The notes beneath the pieces were generated by a model. The model had not been told where the DNA came from and searched no databases. It saw only the letters and a list, made by a program, of their open reading frames with translations. A DNA stretch of 64,000 bases, counting the filler, from Porpidia crustulata (Eukaryota), in NCBI GenBank assembly GCA_964255105.1. It is 5 parts of 5 records of this genome, joined end to end, with 100 filler letters (N's around TTAATTAATTAA, not from the genome) between each part and the next. Parts side by side here need not be neighbours in the genome. Positions count along the whole stretch, not along the records: positions 38,572 to 51,321 come from CAXUWE010000492.1; 4 more parts are not named here. One strand, written 5' to 3'. Below, one piece after another: positions 38,572-51,321 of the stretch. Both the position numbers and the translations under genes were made by a program. Numbering within the stretch: position 1 is the first letter of the stretch; each line of letters opens with the position of its first letter.

Positions 38572-39896
38572 CCCTTCTCCCTTTCCTTCCCTTTCCCAAG
38601 CCATCCCCCCGCAATTTCCCCAATTTGCCCTTGCGGCCAACATAGTGATCGCACACGACCTCGCCTCAGTTTGTCTTTCCCCCGTTGGTTGAATACCCCG
38701 CCGACGACTCCATCAACCCCACTATCTGCAATCTCCTCGGCGGCTCCGGTGGCTAAAACCCGCAATCACGCCGAGCAGCTCCTCGTAAGCACTAAAATAT
38801 ACATCGATAGCGTCGTCGTCAGCAGCTTTGGTGGCCAACTTGGCTTTATGCACGAGCTTAGCGGTGGCGGTGTAGATATAAGCGAGAGCGAGAATCTGTG
38901 GCTTTCAGCATGGCGGTGAGCTTCTTCTGCGCGGTTCGCGGCCTTGATATTATTGTTGATGCAGGCGGTGAGCTACCACTGGCGTAGGCCGTTTTTGCTT
39001 GTGACGAGGGGCTTGCTTGCTTCTGGGGTGATGGTGTTGAGATCGTGACGGGAAGGTTTGGGTGGTAGAGAGGGGATATCGCTGGTTTTCGGAGCGTCGT
39101 GGAAAATTTTGACACCGGAGTACTGGTGTACGACGCCCCTAGGGAAATGGCCGGCGCTGGTTTTGGGTGCTTTTGTGACATGGCCATTTGTTTTTGCAGT
39201 ATTAAGTGGTTTGGGCTAAGCTGTCTATTTGAATTCGGACGACAGGTCTAAGAAATCTTTCGGATCACCGAAATCGCTATCATCGCTGCCGGGCGTAGGG
39301 GCTTGATGTCTTGGACATGAGGGCGGCAACGCGGGTGCTTTAAAAGCGCTCGAGTGAGGAGGTAGGTACTTCCGGACTTGGCTTGCCGGAAACCTGCTCA
39401 GCAGGCTTCAATATGCATTATTAGGCTTCTTTACCGCTTGGTACGTGATTGTCTGGACTGCTAGCATAAGTGACGACCAGGTGACGATCAGCAACCCCGC
39501 CAGGATCTATTCGGAGCTTTGGCTAGCAGGCAAGTGACGTATTAGCGAAGTGGCCGGACCTTCACTCATGGCTCTGAGCTCTTAGAACTTAAGTTGCTGA
39601 TTCTAGTATATGGCTGACTTGTACGGATTGATTGCCCTTGCCACTGACCAATCAAGGATCTCAAGAGCCGTATTGAGATGTCGTCGTTGCAATAATGCCT
39701 CTAGTGTAGATGATCCAAAGACTTACTGGATTCAACGTCATGACTGACGTTGTATGGATCAAGCTGCTCAGCCACAGAGAAGCTTCGTAACGAGATGAAC
39801 GATATTGTGCGCATGAACGTGAGTGAACAAAGAGAATAAGGTAGGTCGAGAGATGCGATGCCTTTTGCGTGCGGTGCTAAGTAAATTCCATGCAAT

Positions 39897-40780
39897 TCAT
39901 CGCGATTCGTCGACGGTGGAAACACGAAAAGAGTGCCCCTCCAGGACCTTGTTCTCCTCGATACTTCGTCGTAACCAGTCCACGTTAACGATCTCAACTC
40001 CCCATTTACGGGCAGCTTCGTACTTGGGTCCTACCGCATCTTTTGCAATGAGATGCGTGCTGTAGTCTTTGTGAAGAGCCCCTCTGTACCGGCCACCGTG
40101 ACTCATTATGAGATCCCCAAGCTCATCGCGGTAATAGACTAGGATATTCATGTCAGTCAGTGAGAGAGGGACCCCAAGGAGGTATACGCACAGTCCTCGA
40201 ACCCAGTTAAGCTGATTTCCAGTCCATTAAACAACCTGCTCGCCCCATATTTAATCTTTGAATCATCAATCTGCTTATCTTCAATCTTCTCGCTCTTGAC
40301 GACGATCTCTTTGGATGGCTTCATCCCAAACCCGAGCAGGAAGGACGACCTCATAGCTGCTCCGGCATAAACAAATCCGATATTGCCCCAGTCAATAGCG
40401 TTCCAATTCTCCACCCTCCAGTAGATATCCCAACCAACTGCTTTGACACTCCAAAGATGCCCGAGATCTGCAATCAACAATCCAAAGAGCAGAGTTTTCC
40501 ATACTCGCAGATCTTTCGTTGAACGCAGCACGAGAGCTTCGTTCATAGCAAAGAAAAAGTACAGATTTGAGAGCTGGGAGAGAACTATTTGGGTTGATGC
40601 GGGAATGGGGCCCGAAGGGGCGGAGGGTGAATGAGTGAGGGCGAGGTAGAAAGCCTGGTCGAAAAAGGCAAAGTAGGCGCCGACAAGTGCGGAGACGGGC
40701 TCGATATAAAGGAAGAATAAACGATAGAAGATAGGAATCTGAGCTTCGTCTATAGGACCACTGCGAGACGGACCCGTCAT
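39897..40780 (-). CDS. Multi-pass membrane protein with C-terminal BRCT domain (apparent fusion), 2 exons
   Basis: Hydrophobic N-terminal domain (FYRLFFLYIEP...LLIADLGHL...WGNIGFVY) followed by LFNGLEISLTGFED. A 53-bp intron (40139-40191; GTGCGT..CTGAC..TAG) joins in frame to FYYRDELGDLIMSHGGRY...STHLIA...KYEAARKWGVEIVNVDWLRRSI, a canonical BRCT pattern. Confidence 0.75.
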
Positions 40781-41432
40781 GATGGTGATGTTACGGCGAT
40801 CTTTGATTCGAAAGAAGGCGTGTGTGTTGTGGTTTAAATCCAAGAAACAATGCGTTGGTATACAGACTACAAGCTTGCGACTCCTCCTGTTCGCTAGGAA
40901 ATCATAATAAACAAATGCAAGGTCCGTCCTTTGGTTACACGCCCGCGCATGTTTACACGCTTTATGCCATCATGTCCTGCGGCACAGTTCCGCACATGGA
41001 CCTAGTCGTGCCAGTCAGCCATGGTTCCACAGCCAACGGCTATCTACTCCTCACTATCAATTCAATATGAACGCATGTTTAATTCCTTTGTCCCCAAACT
41101 GCTGAAATCATAATAATTCTAAGATGATACCTTTAGACGGCAGCGCAACGCACAGCTTCGCCCATATCTACAGTGGCGGCCCGAGGCAAAATCTTCCAAT
41201 GTAAAGGTTATGCCAATCGCGAGTGCTAGATTCCGCTATCAGCAGGATCACTGCAATTCAGGATATCTAGTATTCTAGCCGTAAACAATTATATTAGGCA
41301 TTATTACGCCATCATTCCGTGCTATAATACATCTTCATTTGCGGAGCTTCTGTGCGCATACAAGGCCAGGTATCTTTCTTACCAGTAGGTATATAAAATC
41401 GGATTATGTACGTGGCTTTTGGAGAGCCATGA

Positions 41433-43476
41433 TTAATTTACACTATCGACAGGGTAATGTGATGCTCCTCTAATTTGCCGTCTTGGTTTGATGCTACGTT
41501 CGCTATAAGATTATGTCAGCTGAAAGTTGCTTTAGTGTCAAGGACATACTAACTCTTTAGAGTAATAAGTCTCGACAGGCGAGTAGGAGCTGGTACTATG
41601 AGTAGACGAAGCCGTGAAGGCTTTTTTGGAGTGATAAGGTTGTTCGCCTGTATTCACAGTACCGTTGTACATTGCGCTGGAGACAATTAGACTGGGTGGT
41701 TTCCAGTATATAATGAAGAAGGGTCTTACCCATGACCATCAGTGGGAATCTGGGTCACTGCACCGGTCAAATCCAGGGGATTATCAACGTTACCACCAGC
41801 ATTGCCAGCAATTGCCATACCATATGCTCGACAGTTCTCAAGATGGTTTTCAGGAATCTTTAGATCCTTAAGGTGATCTGGAGCTTCAATCATAGTTGCC
41901 ACCAAGCCAGATGAGACGTGCCATTCGATGTGGCAATGGAATGACCAGACTCCTGGATTGCTCGCTTGAAATCGAATTACAGCGTAACCATTTGGGTTCA
42001 CCATAATGGTGTCCCTTCGGACCGGGATGCTGGATAAGTTGGCGGCGTAAGTACCGAAAGCTCCAGCCTGGGGAGGAGATCTCTCAATGACTTGGAAGTT
42101 ATGTCCGTGAAGGTGCCATGGATGCAGATTATTATGATCTGTATTGACGTTGTTGATAACAATCTCGACTACTTCGTTGTACTTCAGGACAAAAGGGTTG
42201 ACTTGACCATACACTATGGGATTGGAGGAATATTCATTACCGACAGTGAGAGCCGTGTAGAGGGATGGGACCTTCTGCATCAGATATGTGACATCATTTA
42301 TAATCGCCCTAGAAACATCAGTCATAGGTCTTCCTTTGAAAATTATAGGACTTACCTGTTGACTCCACTAAGATTTGCAAAACCAGTGTTTACGGTGATG
42401 TGATGATCGACTTGACTCAGGAGGGGCTGATGGTCGTATGGGACAAGATACATTTCGTCAAAGAAATCAAAACCCTGTATATCGACAGGAGGTGGAAGGG
42501 GTTTCTTGTCGTCGTAAACAAGCCATGCCGTGATATTGGGATTGTATCCTGGGGGCGGGATACCTTTTGGTGGGAACATCATGTTGATATCCAAAGTGGC
42601 AAAAATGGCGAAGTTCTTGTCGGTGCTATTCTTGGTGTCGATAAGAAAACTCCATCGCTGTCCCGTAGCAATGCGGATATTTTGAGATCCGATGTACCTT
42701 GGCTCGACGTACACTCCATCAATTTCGACAGCTGTGAACGGATGCCCATCAAAGTAAATGGCGTGACCGGCGAAATTACCAATATTGACGATGTGAACCA
42801 AATAAGTTTTTCCAGGCTTGACGGGAATCGAGACGTTTTGGCCGTCGTTGATGAGACCACTGTCCGCATCGGGTTCTAGGCCACCCCTGACGTTTTCGTC
42901 TGTAGTCGACTCATAGTAATTAAGGAGGTTTGGCATCTGCTCATGGTACCAATCCGAGAGTGTCATCGTGATCTCCTCATCGAATTTGCCAGCATACGGC
43001 GCCTTGCTATCGTGAACAACGATTGGACCGCGTAGGCCATCTCCCATTTGGCCCATATTATGCGAATGATACCAGTAAGTGCCGGGTTGGTTTATCTATA
43101 CCCACGTTAGAATGCTCCTCGATGGCAGGATACAGCCATTGCCTACCTCAAAATCATACTTGAAGCGGCCACCTGGGGGAATAGGGCACTGCCCGACTCC
43201 AGAAGCTCCATCCATTGTAGAACTGCCTGTTTGGAAGATTCCATGCCAATGGAGAGTAGTGGACTGGTTTCCCAAAGCATTATGGACATTGACAACAACC
43301 CTGTCCCCCATATCGACATCTATCTGGGGGCATGGCCATTGCCCGTTGATACCAATAACAGGCCTAGCAAACCCATCAGGGCTCGCCGTAACCCATGTGA
43401 TGTCCCAGTTGTAGGTTACAGTCTTGGAAAAAGATATACTGGCAAAGCTAAAAAGGAGAAGAACAAGCACATACAT
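41433..43476 (-). CDS. Secreted multicopper oxidase, Fet3/ferroxidase-like, multi-exon (3' exons tentative)
   Basis: Signal peptide; four Cu-binding motifs TTLHWHG, TYWYHSH, HPWHLHGH and WSFHCHIEWHVSSGL. ORFs 43096..43476, 42352..43056 and 41726..42325, plus short downstream exons. Confidence 0.92.
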
Positions 43477-46448
43477 CGTGGCCGGGTTGTACAGTGTCGA
43501 GATACGGTTGAGGCAACCTTTCGAAGGAGGGATAAGACAGTATATACATGAACGAACAAGCTAATTTGTAACGACTTGATGTATACGGACATCCCCGAGC
43601 GATGAATCGGCATGATGGCGATATTCCAAGGTCACAGCCGAACCAGACACCGCCTTGAGGAGAGAGATTCATCTGGACTGCTGAAATTCAAGGAGAAAGT
43701 CAAGGAGGAAAGTCTACGGTCTGCACGATTCTGCACTTAGACCAAGACCCATTCTCAAGGTGGCAATAAGCGATGTGGAAGCAGCTTGTCAATACGACCG
43801 AAGTATGCATAATTTGAACGAGCATGAACCTCGGATGACCTGTGCACGAGGTCGGCCCTGTAGCAAATGAACGTAAGAATATGAATTAGGTTAAAGTGAG
43901 CATAGAGCTGCAGTAGGATGGAGATGCGGTACGGCTATTGCTTGGTGGATGTGGTTTATGGGACTGCTTTGATTCCGAGTCGCAGCAACGACCCATTGCA
44001 TGTAAGACTCCCCAGAAACGGAGTATTCGTAAGCATTCCTTGAGAAAGCGGAATATGTATGTATGGATCTTTGATCGTAGCTATACGGTAAGACTTGAAG
44101 AGATGACAGTTGTTGGCGGTGTGAACTATCATTCTCCTCACGAATACATACCTATCGTACTACCTTTCGTCTTCATGTAAGAAGTCGACTTGCGGTGAGC
44201 GCCACCATAGACACGCGATTTCGGTTATAGTTTTGGGTTTCTCCAGCGCTAGCCAGGTCGGGTAAAGCACAAGCCACGCTGTCTGGACTTTGTACAACGT
44301 CAACCCCAATCAAGGAAGGTTTTGCCATCGTGATGAGCTTTATCAGATCCACCAGACCTGTTGTTCATCTTTCGTTCAATAGTAGCCTGTATCAAATAAA
44401 TGACCATATGAATTTCAATCTGTCGAATTCTTCAGTAGTTGGCATAACTGGCCGAGACCTGCATTACGGCGTCGCATATACCTGATTACTGGATTCTACT
44501 AGATCAGCCAGTCATTGAAGTCATCAGCTCGATCTAGGGAACAATGAAGCGCGTAGAAATCAACGATCTCCGGAAAGAGTTCTAGCTAGAATGTCATCAC
44601 CTTAAGCTTCAAGTCATCGTACTTTCTCTGAGGGTAAAAACAACCACATTAATGACTCGAATATGCCTCATTTCAGCAACTTATGACCTCGGTATAAATC
44701 CTGGTCTTGGCCTTCACCCCATGAAACAAACCAGTCGGTGGAGTGTGACTTGTCCAGTTCGTCGGACGTCCTCGCCTATGATCTTTGTCAAGCGGAGAAA
44801 TAGATCAAGCTGATTGCAAGTCGATGATGCCTACTAATACATCCTGAAGAACCCATACCATCAAATGTTATTGCTTACGCCTCCATTGACTTCGCTGATA
44901 GCTTTCCGATTGATCCAGAAGTAACGCGCTGATATTCCGGATTTTGTGGGGTTGTTAACTCATTATAATCTAGCTTCAGATAGCCTGCCACCAGATTTGG
45001 TTCAGCCTCATTGAGAACAGTGATGGGTATCGGTACCTCATCATGAATCTCGGAACAGATACTAGATAGCTGGAACCTGACGCACTTTGAAGCCGTGCGT
45101 AGACCCGGCCTTAAGGTAGCTTGTCCAACTTTCACGTGAGTTCGGGCGCGAATACCTACACTATGATAGCTGCATATAGAACCCGAGTGTATGGCGAAAA
45201 CACTCGGTTGGATTGTCCTCGCTCGAAAGACAGAAGAGCCTTGTGCTGGTAATCCCGTAGTAATTTGCTTTGCGATTCATGCACAATAAAGACAATCTGA
45301 CCCATATCAATCTTGTGAACAAGCTTAGCTTATTAGTTTTAAGCAAAACATTACTTAATAATCTTCATAGATATAAGTTCTTGGAACGTTTACCTTCATA
45401 ATGTGGAAGTGGACCCTGAATTCTTTACGGGGCTCGGGTGAGTTGGTCAGCCATCCGGATCATCTCCTCGGTTTCAACGGACGTGACAGGTTAGAAATCT
45501 CAATTACTCACGGAAGCAGTAGAAATAGCTTGGCTACCTGACGAGAAGAAGCACGGAGCGGTATCGCGCATTACCGAAACCCGAAATGATTGCCATAAAA
45601 CAACGCTTGAGAAGCAAACAATTCCAACGGGTAGTAGACGATGTGTCTACTATTGCAAGGTAGATTGCATAGCCATAAGGTAGTCATAGAAATATAAATA
45701 TGCGCGTGTGAATTAGTCATGATTATGACGAAAACCAAATATAAATTTGAAGTGAGTGTAATGAAAATCAGTATAGATGAGATATCAATAGCAAGCGTTT
45801 CCAGGACTGAAGATTCAGTGATAGGACTGGTGATGAGGATATGGAAAATAGCTGGTAATAAAGAATCATGATACCTTTGATATTTCAACTAAATTGGGAT
45901 CTCATCATATTGACTAAATTGAGTCGTACAATTCTCTGTAGCCAAGGAGCAAAGGGTCGCCAACTCTCGTTATTACACACCGTAAAAACGATCAGCTCGT
46001 ATGTCAGCACAGTAAATACATGATCAAGATCGTCGGCCTTTTTTTTCTTGGTTGCATACATTGTCGAAATTTAAGGAGTAAGGATGTGCGGAACGGACTT
46101 GAGTGCAGATCTGGAACGCTTCCGCGATGACGCCACATACGAAGATTTGAAATGCGAGGCGCCTTCCCGGTGAGGCTGAGGTTAGTCTATCAAATCTGGT
46201 GCCCCCCTAAACAGGAGCTTCTTCACATTGTTGACGGTCTGAGGAGTTAAGGGAATCGTTCAAGGAGTGGATATTTTAATGATTAATCAAATGTCACGCT
46301 CATTACACCGTCACCTCGCGTCAACCGGTGGAATCGGTTGTTGAGTCTCAGAGCTCCATCTTGCATCCACAGATAAACAGGGACTCCAGTGTCAGCGCGT
46401 TGCATTGCAAGCTGATAGAGGTAAACAAAGGCTTTTTACAACACCACA

Positions 46449-48623
46449 ATGGATCACTCGAGCCGCTCTCACCTTGCCGACTTCCTTCCCTTTCGAAGAC
46501 GGCCATCGTTGTTCTCAAGGAAAAAATTGGCTTCATGTGAACAGCTCAGGAAGAACGAGGAAGGTCTTTACGGCAATTCCTCTGCAGGGTGTGCAAAGCT
46601 ATGCATGTTTGATTCGAATACTTCGGATCAAAGCGGTGATCACCACTGGCAGAACTTTACGGTCGGAGCAGCCGCTGTGTCTTATGTAAAGGCGGATAGC
46701 TCTTTCTACGCCAACCAGCAAGTGAGCAAGCACGGAGCCCATAAGGGTTTTACGCCAAAGAGATCCAAGAGTCTGCATGGTTTGAACAAGACAGTAGAGA
46801 AGGATGGCGCGGTACCGCCCCAACATTTATGGAGATCTTCGACAGCTATTCCTTCAAAGCAGCGCTCTGGTGACCAACCGGCAGTATGTGCATGGCTCCG
46901 AAGGTGTATGAGTACCACACTGGGACGTCGCAACAAGTCCCATAACCTTTCTACATCTAGACCCCAAGTCACTCCGGCGCGGCACAACAACGGTACAGTA
47001 TCAATACCTGCCATTGGCGTTGAACCCCCGCATGTCCCAGACAGTACCACCAGTGGGGCTGCAGCGAGGGCAGCAGCTGCAGCTCAAAATGAGATTCACG
47101 AAAGTGCACGAAGCATGATGTTGACGGAGCCAAAGGTTGCCAAAGACTCTGAAAGCGGGATCGGAATAGAAGTGGAGAATATGAATGGCACAATTCCAGT
47201 TGTGCGCAAAGGTTGGCTGTCCCGCATTCTGGTAGTGGAACTCGATGCTGATGACAGCACAGATCCAGCGTCTGCACTCCCAGAAGAACTAGTTGCGCAA
47301 ACCCTCTCCTATCTTGATTCTGCCTCTCTGGTGAACGCCGAGCTGGTCTCGCACAAGTGGCAGAGTTCAGCTAGTTCGCGTCATATCTGGAAGCACGTTT
47401 TCCAACGCGAATTTGAAAGCGTGCGGCAGATCAATCCAGACCAGTCTGCTGTTCTTCAAATTGGGGGCTACGGATTGGGCAAGAAGAACGGAGATCAACA
47501 TTGGAAAAATATGTGGAGGGCCCGCAAAGCTCTCCAAAAGCGATGGCTAGACGGTTATGCGGCAGCCATATATCTCGAGGGGCATACCGATTGTGTCTAT
47601 TGCGTTCAATTTGATGAGTATGACGAATCCATCGTTACGATCGAGCTCCTACTGACTGCTAATAGGCACAAAATCCTCACAGGATCCAGAGATTGGACTA
47701 TACGCATATGGGACGCTCATACCTACGAATGCATCAAGGTTTTAGGAGTGCCAAGCACAAATAGGCCTCCTGTTGCCCCTCTCCCGACTAACTTGACTGG
47801 ACGTGGATCGAGACCGTTCACCAAAGTATTTTCGCCATTGGCTATCACTGAGACCAATTTTAGCCCAGCGTCAGAATATCACTCTGGCTCGGTCCTGTGC
47901 TTGCAATACGACGAGGAGATTGTTGTCTCTGGCTCCTCGGATTGCACCTTGATCATCTGGGATATAAAGCTCGGTTATCAGCCCATCCAAAAATTGCGTC
48001 ATCATACCGCTGGTGTCTTGGACGTTTGCTTCGATGCAAAGTATATTGTTTCTTGTTCCAAGGACTTGACAATCTGCTTATGGGATCGACATACTGGTGG
48101 CTTTATTCGGAGTTTGACTGGGCATCGCGGCCCAGTGAATGCAGTACAGCTGAGAGGAAATCTTGTGGTCTCTGCTAGTGGCGATGGAATCGCCAAACTG
48201 TGGAATTTGAATTCTGGGCTTTGCATCAAGGAATTCCCTAGCAAAGACAGGGGCATGGCCTGCGTCGAATTTAGCCTCGATTCGCGAACAATCCTAGCTG
48301 GCGGGAACGATCAAGTTGTCTATCAGTTTGATACAAACACAGGCGAGCTCGTAAGAGAGCTCAAAGGCCACAAAAGTCTTGTTCGATCACTGCACCTAGA
48401 TAGCGCAAATGGAAGGATCATCAGCGGAAGCTACGATACCAGCGTCAGAGCATACGACCTCCACACCGGGGATGCAATTATTGATTTCACTGGATGGACC
48501 ACGAGTTGGATTCTTAGTGCCAAGGCCGATTACCGGCGTATTATTGCTACCAGTCAAGATAGTCGAACAGTCATAATGGATTTTGGCTATCAATTACCAG
48601 GAATGGAGTTACTGGAAGGATAA
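46449..48623 (+). CDS. F-box/WD40 protein (beta-TrCP/FWD-1/Pof11-like SCF substrate receptor)
   Basis: F-box DPASALPEELVAQTLSYLD; WD40 repeats GHTDCVYCVQFD, HSGSVLCLQYD, HTAGVLDVCFD, GHRGPVNAVQL and GHKSLVRSL. Probable in-frame introns 47212-47262 and 47618-47665. Confidence 0.9.
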   Translation: MDHSSRSHLADFLPFRRRPSLFSRKKLASCEQLRKNEEGLYGNSSAGCAKLCMFDSNTSDQSGDHHWQNFTVGAAAVSYVKADSSFYANQQVSKHGAHKGFTPKRSKSLHGLNKTVEKDGAVPPQHLWRSSTAIPSKQRSGDQPAVCAWLRRCMSTTLGRRNKSHNLSTSRPQVTPARHNNGTVSIPAIGVEPPHVPDSTTSGAAARAAAAAQNEIHESARSMMLTEPKVAKDSESGIGIEVENMNGTIPVVRKGWLSRILVVELDADDSTDPASALPEELVAQTLSYLDSASLVNAELVSHKWQSSASSRHIWKHVFQREFESVRQINPDQSAVLQIGGYGLGKKNGDQHWKNMWRARKALQKRWLDGYAAAIYLEGHTDCVYCVQFDEYDESIVTIELLLTANRHKILTGSRDWTIRIWDAHTYECIKVLGVPSTNRPPVAPLPTNLTGRGSRPFTKVFSPLAITETNFSPASEYHSGSVLCLQYDEEIVVSGSSDCTLIIWDIKLGYQPIQKLRHHTAGVLDVCFDAKYIVSCSKDLTICLWDRHTGGFIRSLTGHRGPVNAVQLRGNLVVSASGDGIAKLWNLNSGLCIKEFPSKDRGMACVEFSLDSRTILAGGNDQVVYQFDTNTGELVRELKGHKSLVRSLHLDSANGRIISGSYDTSVRAYDLHTGDAIIDFTGWTTSWILSAKADYRRIIATSQDSRTVIMDFGYQLPGMELLEG

Positions 48624-49161
48624 CTCATACTCCCGATCAATTGTAAGGTTGTCGATTTATTGCATTGGTGCGGAGGATAGACAGTTCTCATGGCATTTAA
48701 GAGCGTGCATTTTCTCTCTGGCAGTCTTGTCCTTTGCATTTAGAGACGAGTCGTAGGGGTCCACATTTAGATGTAATTGTAGTGATATTATAACGACTTC
48801 TTGTAACAGCTCAATTATCATTCAGGGAACACTTAACGCATGTAGTGTGAAGGCCTTCAGAGAACAAGATATAAGGTGGTTTAGGAATAAGAAAGGGAGT
48901 ACGCTATGATTGATTGGCCAATTTAGGCGCGATCGGAAACCTTTGGTGCTTGGTACTCTACGTGACTGGACGCTGCCGAATGGCCTGACGTGACGTTCGC
49001 GACAAACAAATAGTGTACATAAAGTTTCAACATCACTGGGAAAACATTCCAGCTGGTAACCCACTTTCGATCCTTGAGCTAATATCTGTTCGCGCATCTG
49101 TGATTTGAAGATACCCGTTGCTTCAAGGTCTCCGGTGGTAACATCTTACTCAACGCCCATT

Positions 49162-50208
49162 ATGGGTGAATCGAGGTACGAGGCCGGTCGGCCTGGTCCT
49201 TTCTTCGTTATTGATTGAACGCTATTGACCTGTCCTTATGCTACAGGCAGGAATTACTGGCGTGGCTCAATAATCTGCTCCAACTAAATGTCACAAAGGT
49301 CGAGCAGTGTGGGACAGGGTACGACTGTCCACCCCAAAGCCCAAGCACTTAAACAAAACAAGCACGAACTGATACTCTTCCGATCTGCTAGAGCAGCGTT
49401 ATGTCAAATCTACGATAGCGTATTCCGTATGAACGACGTTTATTCATGAAACTCCTTAGAATTGTCACTGACTGTGTCTAGAGGACTTACCCATGTCGAG
49501 AGTCAAGTTTAATGTCAATACGGAATATGCCTACCTACAAAATTTTAAAATCCTTCAAAGTAGGTGTTTGCCTCGACACGGTGCCTTTTCTACCAATCTC
49601 GCGCTTATGCTCGTCACCAGACTGCTTTACAAAGCACCAGATTGAGCGCCCGGTGCCCGTCGAGTCGCTCATTAAGTGTAAGATGCAGGATAATTTAGAA
49701 TTCCTCCAATGGTCGAAGCGATACTGGGACCAATATTACCCTGGTGGTGATTACGACGCAGTAGCACGGAGGAAAGGTTCAGGGGCACCGCCAGCAGCAG
49801 CACCACCGTCATCACGTAATTCTGGCGCAGGTGCAGCGCGACGGGGTACAACTCCAACAGCCGCACCAGCTGCTAGGGGAGCAAGAGCTACTGGCGGAGG
49901 AGCATCTACTGTCGTCATGCAGGAGAATTCGGCGCTCAAGGAAACTGTCACAGGGTTGGAGCGCGAGAGAGATTTCTACTTTAGCAAATTGAGGGATATT
50001 GAGCTATTATTGCAGCAGGCAGTGGAGGCGGATCCGGAGATTGAGAAAGACGAGGACGGATTGATCAAGCACATTCAGGCGATTCTTTATTCTACCGAGG
50101 TGAGTTGGCAATTAAGTGACGAGTTGCAAAGCTGACAGATTGAATCAGGAGGGGTTTGAGATACCAGCGGAAGCAGAGGGGGCTCTGGATGACCAGGAGA
50201 CATTCTGA
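49162..50208 (+). CDS. BIM1: Microtubule plus-end binding protein EB1/Bim1/Mal3, multi-exon
   Basis: MGESR/QELLAWLNNLLQLNVTKVEQCGTG, CH domain CKMQDNLEFLQW, EBH motif LERERDFYFSKLRDIE...ILYSTE/EGFEIP, C-terminal ETF. Confidence 0.95.
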
Positions 50209-50578
50209 AGGGGATGTTCAACCAGCCATGGAAACGTTGGCGTTCGTTTCTGTAATCGCTTTGTGACTACGGTCTCCGGATAGGGAGATGGATTTTTACA
50301 CACCTAGAAGCATATTGTCTTAGACATGAGTAGAATATTCCACAGGATGTGACATGTTCATCAACTCGTTCTCGTGTAAATTTTGTCAACTGGCACACTG
50401 GTAAAGACACGGAATTATTCCGCTCTAATTCGTCATTCGACCTCGCCCTAAGGTAAGGTACAGGTACCACTTGATTCCTATCAACTTACAAGCTCCGAGA
50501 TCAATCTCTAAAATTACATCTTTCCACCCTTAAGCCTACGTCAAATCTGTATCGAAATCGAGAGTAGGGCTCAGAGAC

Positions 50579-51321
50579 ATGGCCTCTCCGGTGGAGATAT
50601 CTATCCCTAATACTTCTGCTTCTAACGCTTCCACGCCATACACAGTATATAACATCAGTCTCCGTCTACCACTCCGCTCGTTCACAGTACAAAAACGCTA
50701 CTCGGAATTCCAGACTCTGCACTCAAATCTATCAGCACAGGCTGGCGCTTCTCCACCAGCAACCCTCCCCCCCAAATCATGGCTCCGATCATCCTCAAAC
50801 CCCGAATTCATAGAAGAGCGTCGGAAGTGCTTGGAAGCGTACCTGTACACAATCAATCAAGGCGATGACGACCGATGGCGGAACACAAGCGCATGGCGAT
50901 CATTTCTCAACCTCCCAAGCAACACAGGCTCCAAGTCCAGCCTGGCATCAACCCTTCACGGCGCGATCGCGGGCCCGGGTAGCCGTGCCCCGATCAAAGA
51001 CCCGGTTGTATGGCTAGATCACCACAGAGATCTGAAATCGCAATTACACGACGCGCGGTTGGCACTTACGAGAAGAGACCAAGCCTCTACCCCACAAGCA
51101 CAGCACGAATGCTCGGCACAAGCAAAAAAACTCCTCGTACGCGCTGGGACAATGATCGCCGCCTTGGACCAAGGCCTCAAAACCCTCAGCCAGGACGCTT
51201 GGGGCAGCGAAAAGCTCGGCGAAGGCGAACTGCGCCGCCGCCGCGACCTCGTCAGCAGCGCCAAGCGCGAAAAAGACGGCCTCGACAACCTCCTCAGCGC
51301 CATGGCCGCCAAAGCCCACCT
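50579..51321 (+). CDS. VAM7: PX-domain vacuolar SNARE Vam7-like, 3' truncated at contig edge
   Basis: PX domain YTVYNISLRLPLRSFTVQKRYSEF...LPPKSW...EERRKCLEAYL, then GEGELRRRRDL. The SNARE motif is not in the contig. Confidence 0.85.

Noticed and set aside
38572..39187. Pro/Ser-rich 109-aa minus-strand ORF with a possible frameshifted continuation
   Set aside because: May be a real small gene, but it has no recognisable domain and no convincing splice model.
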